From a virus (taxonomy: Duplodnaviria; Caudoviricetes), in the IMG/VR virus record IMGVR_UViG_3300031993_006627, positions 100,347 to 164,346 of that record: DNA of 64,000 bases; one strand, written 5' to 3'. Positions 19,776 through 29,675 of the stretch are shown one piece after another (position 1 is the first letter of the stretch; every line of letters starts with the position of its first letter). Both the position numbers and the translations under genes were made by a program. The notes under the pieces were generated by a model. That model was given only the letters and a program-made list of their open reading frames with translations. It had not been told where the DNA came from and ran no database searches.

Positions 19776-21640
19776 AGGGCGATCTCAAGACTCATTCCGG
19801 GGGTGTATTCATCCTCGGTGTGCATAATCTGGATGGTGATTTTTCTGGCTGGAGGCCGACATTCTACTCCTGCACGTCTGTCGAGTACAGCATGGGGATG
19901 AACGATCTGCCGTCATTGAATCTCGTCGTTGGACAGGGCTCACCTCTTTCCGGCAGCAGCCAAACAGCTACGAACAGTGATGGCTCTTTGCAGGAGCTCC
20001 TGGACCAGGGTATCAGCCGTCGTGCTGATGCTTCCAAGTTGCTTCGATGCACGCTGTACGAAGCCGCAAATGACGGAACAAGCAAAGCTGCTGTGTTTCG
20101 CGGTTATATTGTCAATGTGACAGCTCTCATCAAGACAGGGAACCTGACGATTAAGGCTGTCCGTGTGCTCTGCCTTGGTCTGGGTGCCGTGCTGCATATC
20201 TCTCCTTTGGCCGGTTATCGCAGAACAAGTGCGTCCGTGTTTATCAATGCGGCATCTGGCGGTGGCTCCGAGCTGCCTACTAGAGGCGCAACTGGTGTTG
20301 GCTATGTTGACCCGTTTGTCCTGCAGGATGCGACATCTGATGATTTCCTGTGTGCGAATTATACAGACAAGATGAAGGGACGGGATATTCTGACAAAGAT
20401 ATCTGTCTTGATGAATGTGATCGCGGAAGCAGGCACTTATCAGGGATCGGAGAGCTGGCCATTACCATCGGATGATTGGACGGAGGATAAGCTCGGTATC
20501 AAGAGCTGCCTGTTCTGCAATTATGTTCTGGACAACAGCACATTCCCGAACCCTAACACGGAGAAAAGCCTGAACAAGTTCCTGTGCGATGAGATCTTGT
20601 CCAATTTGCAGCAGACGTCTGTACTGACAACGATTATGAGCCTGACAAACAGTATGGACCTGCTCATGTGCGTGGTTCCTCACTTTGTGTACGGTGGAAC
20701 TGCAGATGATTTCCGTATGGAACTCAGGCCTCCGGATTCCTGGAATGCTGTGAATATTATCGAGATACCGGATCACTTTGTGACAAGCTGCAATACAGCA
20801 CTGAACCATCTGGCGCATCTGAATGATCCTGAAGTGCTTGTTGTGGATTACTCGGATGGTCCCGGTTCCACAGACGGATCGAACTCCAGTGGTCAAGCTA
20901 CTGGTTGCTTCGGCATATTCGCTTTGTCCCCGGTCGTTCGGGAATGGGCAAGACGCCGGTACACGTTCTCCAGTGACAACACGGTTATTAAGGAAGCGCT
21001 GAGACCGATGTATTACAAGACACGGTTTTTCCGTGCTCCATCCTGGCTGGATTTCTCCCACATGGAAGATGTCTATGATGCTGCTGTGTTCAAGACACCG
21101 GCGAGTATCCCGGCCAATGATAATGAGGCTAAAGGCGGCTTTGTTACGATTGACCAGGACAACCTGGAGAGGAAGACGCAGATTGCTGATGATATCGCCC
21201 AGGCCATGTACGTCTATCTGCATGGCGCATCTGATACGGCATCTTTTGCACTGACTCCAGACGCCAGGTTTGGTCTGAGCTCCATCGGCTGCCTGGAAAA
21301 CCATATCGGCCGTACAGTTGACATCTGCGGGTACCGTGGTATTCTCCGGCATATCCATTTCGTCTATAACAGCGGGAACACTACAAGTGCTTCCTATACC
21401 ATCACGCTGGAACGTGTCCGCCCGATTGATCCCAGCGAAAAGCATATCACATGTACGCTTTACAGACAGACGCAGACGAACACGGAGAGTACCGGTAATA
21501 ACGCTCTCTGGGCGGATGGCAGCGGCTCCTTCTTCGGTTCCCAGGCACAATCCGCCGTAAAGAATCTGCTTGGTGCGGAGTACATGAGCAGCAAGCTGCA
21601 GAATGTGGCGCAGCGTGTTTATCAGGTGCTGCACAACTAG
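19772..21640 (+). CDS. Putative baseplate hub protein
   Basis: 622 aa; VFRGYIVNV near the N-terminus and C-terminal GILRHIHFVY...YTITLERVR pattern; synteny. Confidence 0.45.
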   Translation: MKGDLKTHSGGVFILGVHNLDGDFSGWRPTFYSCTSVEYSMGMNDLPSLNLVVGQGSPLSGSSQTATNSDGSLQELLDQGISRRADASKLLRCTLYEAANDGTSKAAVFRGYIVNVTALIKTGNLTIKAVRVLCLGLGAVLHISPLAGYRRTSASVFINAASGGGSELPTRGATGVGYVDPFVLQDATSDDFLCANYTDKMKGRDILTKISVLMNVIAEAGTYQGSESWPLPSDDWTEDKLGIKSCLFCNYVLDNSTFPNPNTEKSLNKFLCDEILSNLQQTSVLTTIMSLTNSMDLLMCVVPHFVYGGTADDFRMELRPPDSWNAVNIIEIPDHFVTSCNTALNHLAHLNDPEVLVVDYSDGPGSTDGSNSSGQATGCFGIFALSPVVREWARRRYTFSSDNTVIKEALRPMYYKTRFFRAPSWLDFSHMEDVYDAAVFKTPASIPANDNEAKGGFVTIDQDNLERKTQIADDIAQAMYVYLHGASDTASFALTPDARFGLSSIGCLENHIGRTVDICGYRGILRHIHFVYNSGNTTSASYTITLERVRPIDPSEKHITCTLYRQTQTNTESTGNNALWADGSGSFFGSQAQSAVKNLLGAEYMSSKLQNVAQRVYQVLHN

Positions 21641-21671
21641 TAAGACGGTATAAGTATAAAGAGGTGCGCAC

Positions 21672-22478
21672 ATGGAAAACATTTTCGATAAGCTGACAAC
21701 CAAGCTCCCGAAAGCTACTCCGGATGAGCTGGAGATGCTGGATGATAACATCACGGCTGCTCCGATGGAGCAATTCAAGGCTAAGTCCTTGAAAAATATA
21801 GTCTTGGATTGGCAACAGGATCGTAATCCGGAGAAGACTGCGTTCATGTTGAAGAAGCTGAAACCGACGATTAACTCGGCACTCACCAGCTTCGCTCCCG
21901 GCATGGAAAAGTCCCTGCAAATCAAGGCAACTAAACTGGCGCTGGATGCCGCTGCTTCCTATGACCCATCCTACGGTACGGATCCCAGTACCCATGTTTT
22001 CCATACGTTGAAGCGGCTCTATCGGTATGGTGCCAAGAGAAACAATATCATGCCGGTCTCCGAACGTGGCTATGCGGAATCCAAGTATATCAAAGAGCTG
22101 ATGGCTGAGTTCGAAGATGCCAAGGGGCGCGAACCTTCTGCGATGGAACTGGCGGATCGTTCCGGTTTTTCTGTGAAGAAGATCAACAAGATCCTCGGTG
22201 CAAACAAGATCCGCAACGATTCCTCTACCATCAATCCGGAAACCCATCAGTCCTATGTGGCTGCCTCTGACCTGGACGATGACGACTACTTCGAATACGT
22301 CTACGCTTCTGTCGGACCCATTGACCAGAAGATCATGGAATGGTCCTCCGGCAAGCATGGCCGGCCGGTGCTCGCCAATCAGGAAATTGCTCGACGCTTG
22401 CATGTCACACCGGCCGCGATCTCCCAACGGCGTGCCAAACTGATGAACATGATGTCTGATGTCAGGAGTATGTTATGA
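21672..22478 (+). CDS. Sigma70-family RNA polymerase sigma factor
   Basis: Region 2 (ALDAAASYDPSYGTDPSTHV), region 3 (KGREPSAMELADRSG) and region 4 HTH (NQEIARRLHVTPAAISQ). Confidence 0.85.
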   Translation: MENIFDKLTTKLPKATPDELEMLDDNITAAPMEQFKAKSLKNIVLDWQQDRNPEKTAFMLKKLKPTINSALTSFAPGMEKSLQIKATKLALDAAASYDPSYGTDPSTHVFHTLKRLYRYGAKRNNIMPVSERGYAESKYIKELMAEFEDAKGREPSAMELADRSGFSVKKINKILGANKIRNDSSTINPETHQSYVAASDLDDDDYFEYVYASVGPIDQKIMEWSSGKHGRPVLANQEIARRLHVTPAAISQRRAKLMNMMSDVRSML

Positions 22479-22939
22479 AGCACTCCTGGGAAATCCTTCT
22501 GATCGCGACCAAGCTGGAACGAGCGGCTCTCCGCAGTATCCTGGCAGAATTCACTGCCAAGTGGAAGCGAGAAGTCGCTCCGACTATGCCCGTGCGGTCT
22601 GAATCGGAGGATGCCCTGTATAATGAGGAGCTGCAGGATGTCAACTGGCGTCCTGTAACGTCCAAGGACGAGATGTCATCCAGGGTTATCTCCGTGACGA
22701 ATACAGCGGTCAAGGTACGGGACGTCCATGAAGCGAACCGTGCACAACGAGATGTAGAGATCATCATGGCTGGCCGTCGCAAGTTGATGAAAGGCTGCAT
22801 GGATGCCGTCGTTGGCAGGGAGGCAAAGATGGATCGTATCGTTGCGATACGAGAAGGCAACAAAGAAGCCTATACAAACCTGTCAGACGCTAAGGAAAAC
22901 CAGAACTTCAGTACTGATATGAGGAAGAGTGGAAAATGA
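22475..22939 (+). CDS. Hypothetical protein
   Basis: Translationally coupled ORF. Confidence 0.5.
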   Translation: MKHSWEILLIATKLERAALRSILAEFTAKWKREVAPTMPVRSESEDALYNEELQDVNWRPVTSKDEMSSRVISVTNTAVKVRDVHEANRAQRDVEIIMAGRRKLMKGCMDAVVGREAKMDRIVAIREGNKEAYTNLSDAKENQNFSTDMRKSGK

Positions 22940-23310
22940 AAGATCTCCAGATCATACCAGATACAGAGGGCGATGTCGAGTTCTACCCAAGAGGGGAAAG
23001 TGAAGACACCGGCCTGATGCTTCTGCAGAGACTTTATGTAATGCTCTTCAGTGACGGCTCCTCCGGCTACCGGCAGGGTGACGGCGGTTATACTCTGTGG
23101 AACTTCATGGAAGGTGGAAACATCCCGCCGAAACAGGTCTTCGACGCGATTCTGGCGACAAGCTGTGCTACTGCCATGAACATGCTGGATGAAGCTGACA
23201 GAGACCTTATCCAATCGTTCTCCGGTGAGGGCTTCGACGATGGCTCTGCGATATTCACACTGACTTTACAAGACGGAACAACAGTGAAAGGCAAACTGAC
23301 AAATGGCTGA
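22936..23310 (+). CDS. Putative baseplate wedge gp25-like protein
   Basis: 124 aa directly before the baseplate J-like gene. Confidence 0.5.
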   Translation: MKDLQIIPDTEGDVEFYPRGESEDTGLMLLQRLYVMLFSDGSSGYRQGDGGYTLWNFMEGGNIPPKQVFDAILATSCATAMNMLDEADRDLIQSFSGEGFDDGSAIFTLTLQDGTTVKGKLTNG

Positions 23311-24844
23311 TTACATAGAACCTACACAGCGTTCATTCAACTCCGCTGAGGCGACGGCGACAGATGTCATTTCACAGTCGTCTCCGACTCTGATTACAAA
23401 AGCCGGTTCTGTCATTCGGGAACTCATTATCCGGCCGATCTCGTATCTGACCGCCTGGGCAAACGACAACTTGCTGGACAAACTCGCGACTACCAGCGTG
23501 ATGTATCTGAAGACATCCCAGGCTACGGAGAACCCGGTTGCTGATATGGTGGCATCCAATTACTTCGTGACACGCAAGCAGGGAACGAACGCCCGTGGTA
23601 TCCTCACACTGACTCTGCTGCAACCGGTGCTCCGCATTTCCCGTGGTTCCCAGTTTACGGTGGGCGGAGCCACCATGGTGACACCGGAGCAGTATCTCAT
23701 CACCAACAGTGATATGACCGGCGTTGCCACAGACTTCGTCTACATCAAGAGCATCCCCTATGGTGACTATTACATCGCCAACGTTCCTGTTGTAAGCGCG
23801 GTTCCAGGACGACTGGAACTGCCTGTTGGTTCGGCTGTCACGATTGGGTTCAGTACCAACATCATCATCGACGCGGAACTCACGAGCCCTGTGACCGGCG
23901 GTACCGACGTGGAAACTGATGCAGAGATGATGGAGCGTGCCGAGTATAACACGGCAGAGTCCGGCATCGGTTCCTTCTACGGTCTCCAGAAGAAGTTTAC
24001 AAAGGCGCCCGTTGCAGTCCTTGGTCTGGCCGTGACTGCCGGTGAAGATGCGCCGCTGCTGAAGGCCAGATATAACAACGTGAATATCAATCCCGGCGGT
24101 ATGGTCGATTGCTACGTCAAGACAGTGAAGCAGCCAACCACGGATTCTTTCCAGGTTACTTGCACCGGCGCAGCCGGCGCTCTCAGTGGCACCGTGGAAG
24201 TCGACGGTATTCTGCGAGTCAACTCTGTGATCGTGAACGGCTCACCGCTGGAAGAATTCTCGGTGGACTTCCAGAGCTGGGACCCGAATGTACCGGCCGA
24301 CGCCGCACGTCTTTCTGTTAAGCAGAAGACGGTCATCTCCTTCCAGCTTACCGGAACTCTTGCGACAGCGACATCAGCAGTTGCAACCGTGTTCTGCACG
24401 TTTATTCCGGGGCTCCGCGCTTTGCAGAACTACATCGACGCCGATGAGGAGCACTTCATCGGCCAGGATACCACGGTCAAGGCAGCTGTTCCTGTGGAGG
24501 TCGCTTTCCGTTGTGGCTATTCTTCCGCATCCATGCTGGAAGACGATCAGATTGCTCTTCTGAAGCAAACCGTCGAGGATTACATCAACAGCATCCAGGT
24601 AGGCACCAGGACGATCAACTTCTCGGATGTCCGGAAAGTCTGTGCTTCTGCGGTTCCGGCGGCTGATCTGCGGCTTCCCTGCGTAATGGCAGGAAAAGCC
24701 TTCACCAAGAGCGGAAATATCGACACGTTCCACAGCAATACAGGCATTTTCGATATCAGTGATCCGGCCAATAAGGACTACTGGGATTTCCGGGAATGCT
24801 ATTTCAGTATCTGCGCAGATAACATCAAGGTGGAAGCGGTATGA
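23303..24844 (+). CDS. Baseplate J/gp6-like wedge protein
   Basis: GSVIRELII, NYFVTRKQG..ARG and VTGGTDVETDAEMMER motifs. Confidence 0.8.
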   Translation: MADYIEPTQRSFNSAEATATDVISQSSPTLITKAGSVIRELIIRPISYLTAWANDNLLDKLATTSVMYLKTSQATENPVADMVASNYFVTRKQGTNARGILTLTLLQPVLRISRGSQFTVGGATMVTPEQYLITNSDMTGVATDFVYIKSIPYGDYYIANVPVVSAVPGRLELPVGSAVTIGFSTNIIIDAELTSPVTGGTDVETDAEMMERAEYNTAESGIGSFYGLQKKFTKAPVAVLGLAVTAGEDAPLLKARYNNVNINPGGMVDCYVKTVKQPTTDSFQVTCTGAAGALSGTVEVDGILRVNSVIVNGSPLEEFSVDFQSWDPNVPADAARLSVKQKTVISFQLTGTLATATSAVATVFCTFIPGLRALQNYIDADEEHFIGQDTTVKAAVPVEVAFRCGYSSASMLEDDQIALLKQTVEDYINSIQVGTRTINFSDVRKVCASAVPAADLRLPCVMAGKAFTKSGNIDTFHSNTGIFDISDPANKDYWDFRECYFSICADNIKVEAV

Positions 24845-26268
24845 ACTGGATAAAGCGCATCAGGTTCATTCTCGGTGCCTTCTGGTACCGGATGTTCGCC
24901 GATCAGGATTTTCTACTTGGGGTGGAATATTTGCTCGGCGTATTTTTCCGTGTTACAGGCTATAAGATGGACAACTGGGTAGCGGGCATGTTCCCGATGC
25001 TGCCGGCTGTCTATCCATCTGATATGCCTTATGTGATCTACTTGGACGTCAGCAGTTTACACAAGGAATGGTACTCCTGGCAGCAGTTTGTAAATCAAGA
25101 TGTACAGCTTCATGAAGTTACACCTGAAGAGGGTGATTCTTATTGGGAAGTCGGCGGACCGGATGATGAAGATTATCTTGCCACAGAAGGCGCAGGAAAA
25201 GGCTGGGTGGTAGATATCGTGGAGCCTGTACCGGAGCCGTCGTACATGATGAACCACCTTTATAAGTGGACACTGACCTTGACCAACGGACCTGACTTCA
25301 AGTTCGCCGGAAACCAGATTCTTTTCTATAAGGATCCGACACTGCTGAATCTCCCGTCAGTCAAGGTTACAACGAAGGACGGAGAGCTGAAAGTCTATTG
25401 GAAACTCATCTGCACGATTGATAAGACCGTGAACTATTACTCGGCTGTTTCCGGGTTCATGTCACCGGAGCTGAATGACTGCGCGGATGTCGTATGGGAT
25501 ATCCATCAGAACGGGGCGACCTACTACAATGCCAAGAAGCTCCTGGCGGCTGTGACAGATGGTGTTGTCTGTGATGAGGATGGTGCCATCAACGAGAGAT
25601 GGGAAGAACAGGGATGGACATTCCTGCGTGTTGAGGACAAGATCTACGGCTCCAAAGAAACCTGTAACTACAACGCCGGCGCCAGTGTAAAGAAGGGCGA
25701 CATCCTGTTCGGCAGCATGAAATTCTACAAGGGTTCCGAGAACCCGGATTCAGCATCTATCCCAGGCATCCGCGTCCGTACCGATGCAGGAGAGCTCGTG
25801 GCTGAAAACACGGACAAGCGTGTGGTGCAAGTCAGTGTTTCCGGTTCCACTTTCAACGTGCTTCCTCTCACAGGTGATGTGGACACACTGGTCGATTACC
25901 TGAATATCTGCATCAGGAACAGCATGGATCCCAGATGCCCGTCTATCAAAGTGGAAGATCCCAATGAGACGAGACGGAACAACGGGATCATAAATCCCTA
26001 CAAGTTCGTCATGCAGACGCTTCGCAAAGGCCGTACCTGTGCTGTCCGTCTGACAGCGACATCGGTCTCTAAGCTCGAAGCAGCCATCCAGGTGCTGCGC
26101 AAGAGTACAAACCTCGGCGGTTTAATCACGATGTATGTGAAGGATTCCTCTGAGACTGCTAATGTAACCGTGTCGGGCTTCACTGCCGACGCCGGAATGG
26201 GCGTTGTTGCTGTGGATGCCACCGTAACGGTACAGGGAAAAGCAGCAGAGGCAAGAATCCTTCCATGA
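24841..26268 (+). CDS. Putative baseplate wedge protein
   Basis: Coupled to the J-like gene. Confidence 0.5.
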   Translation: MNWIKRIRFILGAFWYRMFADQDFLLGVEYLLGVFFRVTGYKMDNWVAGMFPMLPAVYPSDMPYVIYLDVSSLHKEWYSWQQFVNQDVQLHEVTPEEGDSYWEVGGPDDEDYLATEGAGKGWVVDIVEPVPEPSYMMNHLYKWTLTLTNGPDFKFAGNQILFYKDPTLLNLPSVKVTTKDGELKVYWKLICTIDKTVNYYSAVSGFMSPELNDCADVVWDIHQNGATYYNAKKLLAAVTDGVVCDEDGAINERWEEQGWTFLRVEDKIYGSKETCNYNAGASVKKGDILFGSMKFYKGSENPDSASIPGIRVRTDAGELVAENTDKRVVQVSVSGSTFNVLPLTGDVDTLVDYLNICIRNSMDPRCPSIKVEDPNETRRNNGIINPYKFVMQTLRKGRTCAVRLTATSVSKLEAAIQVLRKSTNLGGLITMYVKDSSETANVTVSGFTADAGMGVVAVDATVTVQGKAAEARILP

Positions 26269-26699
26269 ACTACCAACTTCAGCAAGGCGGACCAAAGGTC
26301 ATCGCCGATATTCTTAGCGGTTCCGGCGAGAAGCTGGACGGAATCTACGTCACCTATGCCGGCGCAAATGCCGATTCTGTTCCGGAGGTTGATCGTAAGT
26401 ACTTCGAGTATCTGGCAAAACGACCTTCCTGCGGTTATGCAAGGATCCCAGTCAGAAGCTGCAAGAGCTTTGAAGATGGCTCCCTGATGTTCACGGGTTT
26501 ATTGTCCGCGTCTGATCTTATAGGGTCCAAACCGACCAAACGCTCAAGGATCACGACTGCTACTCTGGTGTCCATGAACGAAGATCCGACCAAGGATCGC
26601 TTCGTTTATACAGCACTGCTTCAGACACAGAGCCCTTTGGTCCCAGGGACACACATTGTCATAGACTTACACATGAGGATCGGAGGAACAAATGCCTGA
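26265..26699 (+). CDS. Hypothetical baseplate/fibre attachment protein
   Basis: Coupled ORF. Confidence 0.45.
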   Translation: MNYQLQQGGPKVIADILSGSGEKLDGIYVTYAGANADSVPEVDRKYFEYLAKRPSCGYARIPVRSCKSFEDGSLMFTGLLSASDLIGSKPTKRSRITTATLVSMNEDPTKDRFVYTALLQTQSPLVPGTHIVIDLHMRIGGTNA

Positions 26700-28695
26700 T
26701 ACGACAATCCAGCCCTACTCTGTACCGAAGGTCAGCACGCAGCACGCTGCCAGTAACGAGGCAGCTGTTGCAATCCTGGATAACTCGCTGGACTACATCA
26801 ACGAAGCACTGAACGACATGGCTGCCCGACTCGCGGAAGCCGGCTCCAAGAACGCGATTATCCGACATGCTGTTCCAGTGGGAGACGGTGTCTCTGCCGG
26901 CACGCTGGTTTATTTCAACACGGAGACTTCTCTTTTCGAGCCGGCCATTGCCAAACTTGAGGCTCTTCCCGGAGAGAATGGCGCCAGCATCGAGGCACCG
27001 AGCGCTCGTGTCGAAGGTCTTATCCTGCGCGTTGATGCGTCCGAGGCAACCGGAACGATGCTCTGCGGGGGCTACTATGAAGATGACAACGTTGCCCAAA
27101 ACTGCCTTGGAGAGAACGCGGTTGCCGGTACCTACTATCTGAGCCCTTACACAGCTGGAAAAGCTACGACAGATACGGAAGGTCTTCTCCGGCAGCCTGT
27201 GCTGTCTTATTACGGAGACGGCAAGTTCAGCCTGAGCCTGTTCTACCTGGCGCACGACAATCACTATCACACCACGGCCATTCTGCAGGATGCATGGACG
27301 GAGGTTCCGGCGACTGCTGAAGATATTCCTGACAGAGCGTTGTGGATGTACGATGGCTCTCTGCTTGCAAGCTCCTATGTCGGCGTCTTGTCCCCGATTA
27401 CAACGGCGTTGTTCTGGAACGGTGTTCTGCAGAATCTGCTGGATGATCCAACGGATGCTACAGATACACGCTCATTCGTTATCTACAAGGGAGTGATTTA
27501 CTGCAGGGAAGCCACTAAACCGGAACCCGGCAGTGTAACCATCTTCAATCATTTCCCGTTCGCATACAATAGCTCGGTTGTCCGTAGTATCCAGAGCACG
27601 AACCCCTCTATGCTTGCAGTAGAGGACGCCAATGGTGTCGTCACGCTGACACCTTACGAAATCGTCGGCGGTGGATCCAACCCCAGTGCAATGGCCGTTG
27701 CCGCTATTGTTGGAGGAACAGCCAGTTACACGCCGGTTGTGCCAGGAATCAACGCAGGCCCAGGAATGGCCGTTTCAAGGGCTCTGAACGGCGTTACGAC
27801 TGTCTCCCTATCCACCCTGGTCGGCGATCCGATTGATGCCCACAGCATCCAGAACAACGGTTCCACGGTCATCACAGACGGCGTTCTGCAGTTCTTCTGC
27901 TTCCCGGCTGGCCGGTCGTCAGAACTTGTCATGTTCCTGCCGGTGACAGATGTCCCGGACGGCATCGTTCTCCAGGCAAGCGCCTGGGCTACCCTGTATG
28001 GAGCATCCACAACGCTTTCCGTGAACGGCTACTTCATTGAACAGCCGACATCGACCAGCAACACTCTTCTGCCGGATACGACGGACACATCCAATCCGGA
28101 TACGCTGAATTTCAGTCGTGGAGCGTCTGGTACACTTACTTACGCTGAAATAGAGTTAACGGGCTGCACAGTATCCGCTCCAGGTATGCTGGTTGCCCGT
28201 ATCCGGCCACCGAGCACACCGACCAACAACATCCAGTTGCTCCGTCTCGGATTCAAACTGGCGATTGCGTCGGCTCCGACTGTTTCTGCAACAGAACCTA
28301 CGGACAATGGCGGTATGGTTACAGCGATTCTCCAGGCGGCTGAGGGCATCAACGCCGGTCAGCCGGTGTACATCAACTCTTCCGGCCTCCTGGCTGTCTG
28401 CGAAGCTGATGATCTCTCTTGTGCCGGCCTCTGCGTGGGCGTTGCCTTCAGCAGCGGTGGTGTCGGCTCGGATATCACCTATGTCATCAGCGGTGTTACT
28501 ACAGTGCCGGCCAACAATCTCATTCCGGGATCACCCGTTTACATAAATACAGACGGCTCTCTTATCTGCCTCTCCACCGAAAGCGACGTGGAGACATTCT
28601 ACAACGGCGCAGAATTCCTGCAGCGTGTCGGTACGGCCGTCACATCGAACCTTGTGCAGGTCCATATTGAATCTGCCATAACCAAGGGTGTGTAA
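26692..28695 (+). CDS. Tail fibre/baseplate-associated structural protein
   Basis: 667 aa, Thr/Ala/Gly-rich; two related cement-like domains (AGTLVYFN and AGQPVYIN...PGSPVYI). Confidence 0.5.
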   Translation: MPDTTIQPYSVPKVSTQHAASNEAAVAILDNSLDYINEALNDMAARLAEAGSKNAIIRHAVPVGDGVSAGTLVYFNTETSLFEPAIAKLEALPGENGASIEAPSARVEGLILRVDASEATGTMLCGGYYEDDNVAQNCLGENAVAGTYYLSPYTAGKATTDTEGLLRQPVLSYYGDGKFSLSLFYLAHDNHYHTTAILQDAWTEVPATAEDIPDRALWMYDGSLLASSYVGVLSPITTALFWNGVLQNLLDDPTDATDTRSFVIYKGVIYCREATKPEPGSVTIFNHFPFAYNSSVVRSIQSTNPSMLAVEDANGVVTLTPYEIVGGGSNPSAMAVAAIVGGTASYTPVVPGINAGPGMAVSRALNGVTTVSLSTLVGDPIDAHSIQNNGSTVITDGVLQFFCFPAGRSSELVMFLPVTDVPDGIVLQASAWATLYGASTTLSVNGYFIEQPTSTSNTLLPDTTDTSNPDTLNFSRGASGTLTYAEIELTGCTVSAPGMLVARIRPPSTPTNNIQLLRLGFKLAIASAPTVSATEPTDNGGMVTAILQAAEGINAGQPVYINSSGLLAVCEADDLSCAGLCVGVAFSSGGVGSDITYVISGVTTVPANNLIPGSPVYINTDGSLICLSTESDVETFYNGAEFLQRVGTAVTSNLVQVHIESAITKGV

Positions 28696-29669
28696 TGCCA
28701 AGTATTACAAGTATTTATAACAGCGGTGTGCTTCTGGAGTTCTTAAACCAGAACATGCACCGGAATTATCCGATTCAGGATACCTGCGTCGTGAAAACAA
28801 CGGACGGCATTTATTTGCCGTCCTCCCTGTTGGTGAACTGTCAGATCATTGTCCCATGCGAGAACCTGGAGGATATCGACGCTTCCAGATTCTTCGTGTC
28901 TGATGTCATGCAGTATACCAGTTCGCTCCAGGTGATCATCAGCTATCAGCCGGAGAACGGAACCGCATTCCAGTGTGCCTGCAGCTCTGCTATCGTGCTG
29001 TCGGATCAGGTGTACATCGAAGAGGTGAATCTTACACCGGCCGCAGAAGTGCCAGATGACAGCCCGCTGCGGAATCTGGCAGGTAAACTGTGGATCGGAT
29101 CTACAGTGAACATGTCGAATCTCGGTTCGCTGCACTTCTCGTATGCTGACGCAGCGCTCAATGCTGCCTGCATCTATAAAACGGCTGCGACCAAGGTGTC
29201 CAAGCTGATTATTGTGAGCGGGGATCAGAGCGTTGAAGTGGACGGTGATGTTACACTTGTGGCCGGCACCGGCATCACATTGAACTATGATGCGACTACC
29301 AAAACAGTCACAATCGGCGCAGACACGACATGGCTCGATAACGAGATCGCGGCAGCTTTACAATCAATGGACCAGACAGCCATCAGAACGATCAATGGTC
29401 AGAAGCCCGACAGCAACGGCAATTTCACGATCTCCGGGCTTGACTGCACGGATATCAAAGCGGTTCAGAAGACCAATAGCATTACAATCAGCAACCCATG
29501 CTCCAAGCCCTGCTGCGGTGACGATTCTGGCGACGTGGCCGATATCAAATCCACGCAGAAAACTCTGCAGGCCAAGGTTGACCGTGTTTCCGAAAACCTG
29601 AATTCTTTCATCAACAGCATCAACAACGTGGAAACCAGGCTGCCTTCGCTGGTGGCCAGCAGAAAGTAA
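28695..29669 (+). CDS. Tail fibre-associated protein
   Basis: NQNMHRNYPI N-terminal motif, IRTINGQKPD fibre repeat, Cys cluster and coiled coil. Confidence 0.5.
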   Translation: MPSITSIYNSGVLLEFLNQNMHRNYPIQDTCVVKTTDGIYLPSSLLVNCQIIVPCENLEDIDASRFFVSDVMQYTSSLQVIISYQPENGTAFQCACSSAIVLSDQVYIEEVNLTPAAEVPDDSPLRNLAGKLWIGSTVNMSNLGSLHFSYADAALNAACIYKTAATKVSKLIIVSGDQSVEVDGDVTLVAGTGITLNYDATTKTVTIGADTTWLDNEIAAALQSMDQTAIRTINGQKPDSNGNFTISGLDCTDIKAVQKTNSITISNPCSKPCCGDDSGDVADIKSTQKTLQAKVDRVSENLNSFINSINNVETRLPSLVASRK

Positions 29670-29675
29670 AGTCAA

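Noticed and set aside
3660-22427. Long antisense ORFs (3660-5069, 10837-12030, 20462-21925, 21447-22427)
   Set aside because: Shadow frames of strongly codon-biased + strand genes.
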